A stretch of 19,118 nt of DNA, taken from a virus. Taxonomy: Duplodnaviria; Heunggongvirae; Uroviricota; Caudoviricetes. The notes under the pieces are model-generated. The model was given only the letters and a program-made list of their open reading frames with translations, was not told where the DNA came from and searched no databases. This document shows positions 1-5,398 of the stretch, piece after piece. The stretch covers positions 1-19,118 of IMG/VR virus record IMGVR_UViG_2506381019_000003. One strand, 5' to 3'. Each line of letters begins with the position of its first letter. The stretch's first letter is position 1. The translations under genes and the position numbers were made by a program.

Positions 1-1176
1 GTGCGTCTCACCGTCGACCGTGACAGCCTCGCCGATCTCGTCCCCTGGGCTGCCAGAACTCTGCCCTCCAAAGCGACCACCCAGTTGCAGGTGCTCGCCG
101 GCCTGCTCCTCGAAGCGGATGGCAGCGCGCTTCGGGTGTCGGCCTACGACTACGAGGTGGCTACCACTGGCGCCGCGGATGCCCGCGTTGTCGAGGAAGG
201 CCGGGCACTGGTCAACGGCAAGATGCTCGCCGACCTGGTCAAGTCACTGCCGAAGGCCCGCGTCGAGTTGGCGGTGGACGGAACCCGGCTGACGATCACA
301 TCCGGTTCGGCGAGCTTCAAGCTGCCGATGCTGCCCTCCGAGGACTACCCGGCCCTCCCCCCGATGCCGGACCTGCTCGGCACCGTGGACGCAGGCCTGT
401 TCGTGACCGCGGTCGGCCAAGTGGGAATCGCCGCCGGCCGGGACGACACCCTTCCGGTACTCACCGGCATACGGGTCGAGTTCTCCCCGAAGACGATCAC
501 CCTCGCGGCCACGGACCGGTACCGCCTCGCGGTCCGCACCATCCCCTGGGAGCCGGCGCCCGACGCGGACCTGACACTCACCCTCCTGATCCCGGCCCGC
601 ACCCTCTCGGACATCGCACGCGCCGCCGGAGAAGGCCGGATCACCATCGCCGCGGCCGGCCAGAAGAAGGCCGAAGGACGCGGGAGCGGGGAGCCCGCGT
701 CCGCCGGCTTCGACGTCGCCGGCCGGCAGACCACGACCCGTCTCATCGAGGGAACGTTCCCGCCGTACCGGAAGCTGCTGCCAGATTCGACACCGCTGAT
801 CGCTGAGGTCGAGATCCCGCCGCTGGCCGCCGCGGTCAAGCGGGTGGCGCTGGTGGCATCCCGCACCGCCCCGGTACAGCTCACCTTCGCCCCCGGCCTG
901 CTCGCGCTCGAAGCCGGCGCCGGCGGGGAGGCCCAAGCCTCCGAGACGCTGGCGGTCGCCTACGACGGTCCCGAGCTCAAGGTCTCGTTCAACCCGGCGT
1001 ACCTGCTCGACGCGGCCGGCGCCATCGAAGACGACCTGGTGAGGTTCGGGTTCGCCACCGAGGAGCCTGAGATCGCCGCAGTGAAGCCCGCGATCCTCAC
1101 CGGCAAGACCGGCGGCGACCCGGCGGAGATCCCCGACTACCGGTACCTGCTGATGCCGATCCGCCTCAACGGCTGA
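1..1176 (+). CDS. dnaN: DNA polymerase III beta subunit (sliding clamp), extra MGE-borne copy
   Basis: 391 aa. Actinobacterial DnaN motifs: AYDYEV, YPALPPMP, AAGRDDTLPVLTG, ATDRYRLAVR, TRLIEGTFPPYRKLLP, FNPAYLLDA and C-terminal YRYLLMPIRL. The GTG start is at the window edge, so the upstream context is not visible. Confidence 0.96.
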   Translation: MRLTVDRDSLADLVPWAARTLPSKATTQLQVLAGLLLEADGSALRVSAYDYEVATTGAADARVVEEGRALVNGKMLADLVKSLPKARVELAVDGTRLTITSGSASFKLPMLPSEDYPALPPMPDLLGTVDAGLFVTAVGQVGIAAGRDDTLPVLTGIRVEFSPKTITLAATDRYRLAVRTIPWEPAPDADLTLTLLIPARTLSDIARAAGEGRITIAAAGQKKAEGRGSGEPASAGFDVAGRQTTTRLIEGTFPPYRKLLPDSTPLIAEVEIPPLAAAVKRVALVASRTAPVQLTFAPGLLALEAGAGGEAQASETLAVAYDGPELKVSFNPAYLLDAAGAIEDDLVRFGFATEEPEIAAVKPAILTGKTGGDPAEIPDYRYLLMPIRLNG

Positions 1177-1206
1177 CCAGTCACACCGACTGGTTACGCT
1201 CCCCGC
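1173..1206 (+). promoter_or_regulatory. Candidate leaderless sigma-70-type promoter for the 1207 ORF, with an overlapping palindromic operator
   Basis: -35-like CTGACC (1173-1178), 16-bp spacer, -10 TACGCT (1195-1200), then 6 nt to the ATG at 1207 with no Shine-Dalgarno. Inverted repeat TGACCAGTC-acacc-GACTGGTTA at 1174-1196. Confidence 0.45.
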
Positions 1207-2031
1207 ATGGCTGCTGACCCTGACCGGTTCCTCGTCGAGGTCCGGAACCGGTACCCGAATCTTCTCGGTGCGCTGCGGGACATGGCGGGAAAGCGGGGGG
1301 TGCCGCCGCTGCCGGAGTGGCCGGAGTGGTGCTGGCTCCCGATGGCCGCAGCCGCGAGTGCCGCAACTCACCCGGAGGACATTGCCCGTCTGGCCGCGGT
1401 GTCGACGTGGTGGCTCGACCGCGCTGTGATCGAGGTAGACGAGGATCTGGCCTCCCGCCACATTCCCGCGCCAGACCGGGACATCCGCATCGACCGGGAG
1501 CGTCTGCTGACAGGTCTGCCGTCCTGGTGTCCGTACGTGCTGGTACCTGAGCCCCCCACCGCGGCGCCGGCCGGGTTCTGGCCCTGCGGCTTCTTCGTGC
1601 ACACCGAGTGGGACGCGGCCCGAGGCGGGGCGCCCGAACTGCGGATCCTCGCCGACATCGACGGCACATGGGACGGGCTGGTCGCGGTTCCTGTGCACGC
1701 CGATCAGCCGACGGTGCGCTGGTCGGCCCAGGACGCCGCCCGGCTGATGGCCACGAACGCCGCGGCGAAGCTCGTTCCCGACGCCCAGGGAGACTTGCTG
1801 ACCGGCGCGGTGGAGCTCGGGGAGCTGCTGGCCCGGCTGGTGTGGCCGCTGGTCGCCGCGCTGGTGGACCCGGCAGGCCGGGCTATCGGCCGGGACCGGC
1901 CGGGTGAGGTGCTGGAACGTGTGCAGCCCGAGCGGCGCGGCGATGTCGTGGTGTGGCCGCGACGGCCGCGGACGTCGTCCTGGCGGATGACCGCCGGGCC
2001 CGCGCCGCGGCCGGGACTGCGGTCGGTCTGA
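1207..2031 (+). CDS. AcrVA2/FinQ-family-like protein, C-terminally shortened
   Basis: 274 aa with high GC3. Ordered motifs WCWLPMA ... IARLAAVSTW ... IEVDEDL ... LPSWCPYV ... GFFVHTEWD ... ELRILADID ... LVAVPVH ... LVWPLVAAL match my recollection of AcrVA2 (FFPMQ ... LSRLYLYGAW ... YQLDEEI ... LPDWCVYV ... GFWAIYD ... LDFVVDTD ... VYVPQP ... LLPYLLWL). There is no C-terminal PHxRRxHW motif. The CDS itself is more certain than the family call. Confidence 0.65.
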   Translation: MAADPDRFLVEVRNRYPNLLGALRDMAGKRGVPPLPEWPEWCWLPMAAAASAATHPEDIARLAAVSTWWLDRAVIEVDEDLASRHIPAPDRDIRIDRERLLTGLPSWCPYVLVPEPPTAAPAGFWPCGFFVHTEWDAARGGAPELRILADIDGTWDGLVAVPVHADQPTVRWSAQDAARLMATNAAAKLVPDAQGDLLTGAVELGELLARLVWPLVAALVDPAGRAIGRDRPGEVLERVQPERRGDVVVWPRRPRTSSWRMTAGPAPRPGLRSV

Positions 2032-2112
2032 GGTGCGCCAGTAGTCTGTGCTGGCCGGTCCGGTGGGGTGCCTTCGACAGCAGCTCCTCCGGGCCGGTTT
2101 CCTTTGCAGAAA

Positions 2113-2136
2113 AATTGGCAAGCTGGCTTGCTAATT
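2113..2136. promoter_or_regulatory. Palindromic operator-like site overlapping the -35
   Basis: AATTGGCAAGC-tg-GCTTGCTAATT: 11-bp arms with one mismatch and a 2-nt spacer. Confidence 0.6.
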
Positions 2137-2157
2137 ACGGGTGGTGCCTGTCATGCT
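2128..2157 (+). promoter_or_regulatory. Candidate promoter for the 2197 operon
   Basis: -35 TTGCTA (2128-2133), 18-bp spacer, TG at 2149-2150 then CATGCT (2152-2157), an extended -10-like element. 2101-2140 is about 45% GC in an otherwise very GC-rich window. RBS AGGAG at 2182-2186. Confidence 0.5.
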
Positions 2158-2196
2158 CGATCACGTCGAAGGCACCCCTGTAGGAGCGAGCACACC

Positions 2197-3459
2197 ATGA
2201 CCCGGATCACCGTCCCGCCCATCCCGGACCGGCTCACCGGTTGGCGCAAGACCATCACCGCCCTGAACGACCAGGCCCGCGGCGGCTTCGCCATCACCGG
2301 CGAGTGGCTGCAGCCCGGCGACATCGTCGACGTTCCCGCCGACATGCTGATCATCGCCGTGGACAAGACGTTCATCGGCCACGCGCCGGTATCCCGCTTC
2401 TCCGACGGCGCCGCCCGCTACGCGGCAACCGTCACCCTCCACCGCGCCAGCGAAGACGGCCTCACCACCATCTGGACCCGCGCGTTCAAGGACTCGACGT
2501 CCGCGCTCGGTGCGACGACCCGCGCCCAGATCCGCAAGGCCCTCACAGCGCACCCAGCACCCACCGGCCCGGCAACGGTCGTCACCGAAGCCCGCCGGCC
2601 GAACCGGAAGGACGGCGCCTGCCGCTGGTGTCACAACCGGGTGCCCGCGCAGGCCGGTCACTTGGTCGGCCACGGCGACGACCTGCTGGTTGAGCACTGG
2701 CAGACCTGCCCGCCCCGGCTTCTCGCTAACGGCCCGCTGAACTGCGGGCTGTGCGGTGTCGAGCTGCTCGACGCGAACGGCTACCGGGCACCCGACCCGG
2801 CCGAGGTCGTCATGGTCCGCGAGGGTACGGGCCACTGGGAGCCCCGCCACGCCGCCCGCCTGAACTGCACCGAGAACCGGCTGGAGTCCGCGACCGAGCG
2901 GCGCGCCCGCGACGCCGCTGCCCGTGACGCGGAGCAGGCCGCGTTCCAGTCGCGGCAGGCGGCTGCGCAGAAGCGGGAGGATGCGAAGGCCCGCCGGGAG
3001 CAGGCCCGCCGGGACGCCGCCGACGCCGAAGCCGCGCGGGTGAAGGATCTGAAGGTGACCAGCCGGAAGGTCAGCAACCTGTACGACAAGGGCCTCGGCG
3101 AGGGCCAGCGGGCCCGCCTCGACGAGTACGTCGACACCCTGTCGGACGGAACGACCACCACCCGATGGGCGGTCGTCACCTACACCGGGGGCACCGTCGG
3201 CAGCTTCACCGTGGATGGCGACTGGGGCGGCGACGACCCCGAGGGCAGCGCCATCTACCACTACAAGCCGACCGCCCGCATCGCCTACCAGCGGCTGAAG
3301 TACACCCCGCCGGCCCGCGAGCCGTACGAGCCGGGTGGCGAGTGCGCCGAATGCCACGGCGGCGGAGCCCGCTACACCCGGTTCGACTCCTCCGGCATCG
3401 AGGGCAAGGTCTGCGCCCGCTGCAACGACAACCCCGACTACCTGCTGTCGTTCGCCTGA
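2197..3459 (+). CDS. Hypothetical protein with three putative zinc-binding motifs
   Basis: 420 aa. Start moved to ATG 2197 because of the AGGAG RBS. Motifs: C142xxC145...H167xxxC171; C183xxC186...H218x5C224; C383xxC386...C406xxC409. Charged Ala/Arg helical linker in the middle. High GC3. Confidence 0.85.
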   Translation: MTRITVPPIPDRLTGWRKTITALNDQARGGFAITGEWLQPGDIVDVPADMLIIAVDKTFIGHAPVSRFSDGAARYAATVTLHRASEDGLTTIWTRAFKDSTSALGATTRAQIRKALTAHPAPTGPATVVTEARRPNRKDGACRWCHNRVPAQAGHLVGHGDDLLVEHWQTCPPRLLANGPLNCGLCGVELLDANGYRAPDPAEVVMVREGTGHWEPRHAARLNCTENRLESATERRARDAAARDAEQAAFQSRQAAAQKREDAKARREQARRDAADAEAARVKDLKVTSRKVSNLYDKGLGEGQRARLDEYVDTLSDGTTTTRWAVVTYTGGTVGSFTVDGDWGGDDPEGSAIYHYKPTARIAYQRLKYTPPAREPYEPGGECAECHGGGARYTRFDSSGIEGKVCARCNDNPDYLLSFA

Positions 3460-3468
3460 CCATCCCCG

Positions 3469-3493
3469 CCGGGCCCGCGGTTGGCGGGCCCGG
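3469..3493. terminator. GC-rich hairpin between genes (possible terminator or processing site)
   Basis: CCGGGCCCGC-ggttg-GCGGGCCCGG, a perfect 10-bp stem just after the 3459 stop. No U-tract. Confidence 0.45.
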
Positions 3494-3512
3494 ACCGCCG
3501 CCAAGGAGCACC

Positions 3513-4001
3513 GTGACCGATCCACCAATGACCCGCGCCGAGCTCGCCCGCCGGTACGGCGTCGCCCAGTCGGCCATCACCCGCGCACTTCAACGCGCCC
3601 AGGAACGCCACCAGCAGGACCCAGACCGGCACCCGGCCCCGCCCGCGGCGCTGAACCCCGACTCGGCCCACCCGGTGTGGCCGATCGCCGAGTTCGACAG
3701 CTGGTGGAGAAGCCGGCCCGGACGCGGACGTCCACGCCGTTCAACCACGCGAGAGGAACCAGACATGGATCACGACGAGTCGGCTCGGCCGCACCGACGG
3801 ATCGAGCACATAGACGAGAAGAACGCCAAGGTCTACATCGGCAACCGGCTCATTGGCGAGGTCCGCCAAGGTCTCAACGGCAGATGGTTTTCCGCCAACC
3901 TCGACCAGATTTCCTGGTCAGACGACGCATTCTTCTCCGGCCGGGACAACATCGCCGGGACGGGCGCTCCGACGGCTACCGAGGCCGCGAACAACCTGTA
4001 A
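3513..4001 (+). CDS. Helix-turn-helix (AlpA/Xis/MerR-like) protein with AT-hook-like RGRP motif, fused in frame to a second small domain
   Basis: AAGGAG RBS at 3503-3508 and GTG at 3513. MTRAELARRYGVAQSAITRAL is an HTH; WPIAEFDSWWRSRPGRGRPRR is the typical tail of actinobacterial HTH proteins of this type. 162 aa in total. Confidence 0.75.
   Translation: MTDPPMTRAELARRYGVAQSAITRALQRAQERHQQDPDRHPAPPAALNPDSAHPVWPIAEFDSWWRSRPGRGRPRRSTTREEPDMDHDESARPHRRIEHIDEKNAKVYIGNRLIGEVRQGLNGRWFSANLDQISWSDDAFFSGRDNIAGTGAPTATEAANNL
3765..4001 (+). CDS. Small hypothetical protein (78 aa), probable internal in-frame start
   Basis: GAGAGGA RBS at 3751-3757, 7 nt before ATG 3765. The sequence MDHDESARPHRRIEHIDEKNAKVYIGNRLIGEV looks like an independent protein. 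Confidence 0.55.
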   Translation: MDHDESARPHRRIEHIDEKNAKVYIGNRLIGEVRQGLNGRWFSANLDQISWSDDAFFSGRDNIAGTGAPTATEAANNL

Positions 4002-4021
4002 CCCCGCACACGACTGAAGTG

Positions 4022-4114
4022 CCGGCCCGTCTCCGGGCATGCGAAAAGCGGCCTGCCACCCCCGACAGACGGGGGTGGCAGGCCGCTTGTGTGTGGTTGC
4101 CCGAGACGGGCCGG
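4022..4114. terminator. Nested bidirectional terminator hairpin between convergent transcription units
   Basis: Perfect 19-bp inner stem AAGCGGCCTGCCACCCCCG (4046-4064) / 4070-4088 with a 5-nt loop. Outer stem 4022-4039 / 4098-4114 has one bulge. Confidence 0.85.
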
Positions 4115-4120
4115 GGCAGG

Positions 4121-4528
4121 CTACCCGGCCGGGCGCAGGGCAGCGCGCGGCGTGGCCTCGTTGCGTGTCCACAGGCCGAGCACGGTGGCGACGGCGGCCA
4201 GGAACACGGCATCGAAACCGGCCGGCAGGTCCAGGCCGAGCAGCACGCCCAGCGGGATCACCACCTGGAAGAAGCCGTAGAACAGCGCAGGGTTCACACG
4301 CTCACCGCCGGCCGCCTGGACCTTCACCGCGCCGATGATGGCGAACAGCGCAGCGGATACGGCGAGGATCGCACCCTGCAGGCCGGGAGTGAGTGCGTCC
4401 ACCCAGAAGGCGGCCAAGGGCAGGACCGCGGCGAGTACGGCCTGGGCACCACCGAGCAGCGCGGCCGGCTCCCGTGCGGGCAGGGACAGCCGGGCAGTTT
4501 CCGGCAGGGACGGGGCGATCAGGGGCAT
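4121..4528 (-). CDS. Holin-like membrane protein (about 4 TM segments)
   Basis: 135 aa, hydrophobic. REPAALLG... and ...LGLWTRNEATP motifs are typical of actinophage holins. Appears internally duplicated (two 2-TM units). GGAGG RBS; last gene of the lysis cassette. Confidence 0.8.
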   Translation of the reverse strand: MPLIAPSLPETARLSLPAREPAALLGGAQAVLAAVLPLAAFWVDALTPGLQGAILAVSAALFAIIGAVKVQAAGGERVNPALFYGFFQVVIPLGVLLGLDLPAGFDAVFLAAVATVLGLWTRNEATPRAALRPAG

Positions 4529-4576
4529 GACAGAACCTCCGAGAGGCGAGTTTGGGGAGGGGTAAGCAGGGGACGG

Positions 4577-5398
4577 TCAGAAGCCGCGGGCCACGGCCCA
4601 CGTCGCGTAGGCGCCGGCGAACGCCAGGTCGGCGGCGTCGGGACGGGTCGGCACGGGGACGGGCACCGGCACGGGGACGGGTGCGGCCGGGATCGGGGTG
4701 GGTACGGTGACGTCGCCCTGCCGCTGCAGCAGCGCGTCCATGTCGGCCCACGTCAGGTAGGCGCGGCCGTCGAGGCCGAAGCCAGGGCCCCAGCTGTTGG
4801 TCAGCCACACCCGCTTGCGGTCCACGTCGATTTCGTCGACGAGGTACTCGTGACCACCTTCGGCGTTGCCTCGGATCCGGAGCCGGCCGTCGCCGGCCGG
4901 GGTGAACATCTCGGTGAGCCACACGGTGCCGACCATCACCGGGCCCGCCTGCAGCGCGGTCAGCATCGCCTGCAGGCTGAAGGCGTGGCTGTAGGTCGAG
5001 CACAGGCCGACCTGCTGCAGCGCCTTGGCGACGGATAGCCCGTCGGACCCCGTGTCAGTGGGCGGGTAGGTGCCCGGGTAGTCATCGACCTGCGTCGCGA
5101 CCCCGTACAACGCCACGGCGAACAGCTCGTCGACCCGACGTCCGTTGACCGGCGAGACGGACGCACCGTCACGCACGGCGTTGTCGGTTCCGACCCACCC
5201 CGCTGCGGCCTGACCGGTGCAGCTCCCGAGGCTGCCCTGGTCGAACACCGGAACCCGCCGTGTCCATCGCTTGGACTCCAGCGCGCTGGTGGGCACCCCG
5301 GCGACCGCGAACCGCAGCGACCGCCGATCGTGACGGATGTGCCGACCCAACCTGTACGGCAGGTCCGGGGTCTCCGGGATGCGGACGATGGTCGTCAC
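4577..5398 (-). CDS. Papain-like (C1A-type) cysteine peptidase
   Basis: 273 aa. DQGSLGSC (oxyanion Gln and catalytic Cys), GGH (His), NSWG (Asn), followed by a Pro-Val repeat linker and a short C-terminal helix. GTGA overlap with the endolysin stop. Confidence 0.9.
   Translation of the reverse strand: MTTIVRIPETPDLPYRLGRHIRHDRRSLRFAVAGVPTSALESKRWTRRVPVFDQGSLGSCTGQAAAGWVGTDNAVRDGASVSPVNGRRVDELFAVALYGVATQVDDYPGTYPPTDTGSDGLSVAKALQQVGLCSTYSHAFSLQAMLTALQAGPVMVGTVWLTEMFTPAGDGRLRIRGNAEGGHEYLVDEIDVDRKRVWLTNSWGPGFGLDGRAYLTWADMDALLQRQGDVTVPTPIPAAPVPVPVPVPVPTRPDAADLAFAGAYATWAVARGF

Larger units (their letters stand above)
2065..2178. repeat. Perfect 14-bp inverted repeat pair flanking an 86-bp AT-rich core
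   Basis: GGGGTGCCTTCGAC (2065-2078) and its exact reverse complement GTCGAAGGCACCCC (2165-2178). Confidence 0.92.

Noticed and set aside
1-1176. Chromosomal dnaA-dnaN-recF origin locus, or griselimycin-type self-resistance gene
   Set aside because: No recF/gyrB downstream and no biosynthetic (NRPS) genes in the window; the neighbours are phage-like. Upstream context is not visible, so this is not absolute.
2065-2178. MITE or IS remnant with terminal inverted repeats
   Set aside because: No target-site duplication (flanks CCGGT / TGTAG), no transposase, and no second copy seen in the window. A genome-wide search could revive this idea.
2068-2196. 43-aa N-terminal extension of the Zn-finger ORF
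   Set aside because: It runs through the promoter/repeat region; ATG 2197 has a clear AGGAG RBS.
3165-3512. N-terminal extension of the HTH ORF
   Set aside because: Overlaps the upstream gene out of frame; GTG 3513 has an AAGGAG RBS.
244-3528. Long minus-strand ORFs 244-2121 and 2161-3528 and other small ORFs here
   Set aside because: Antisense shadows of the well-supported plus-strand genes; expected in high-GC DNA, with no recognisable motifs.
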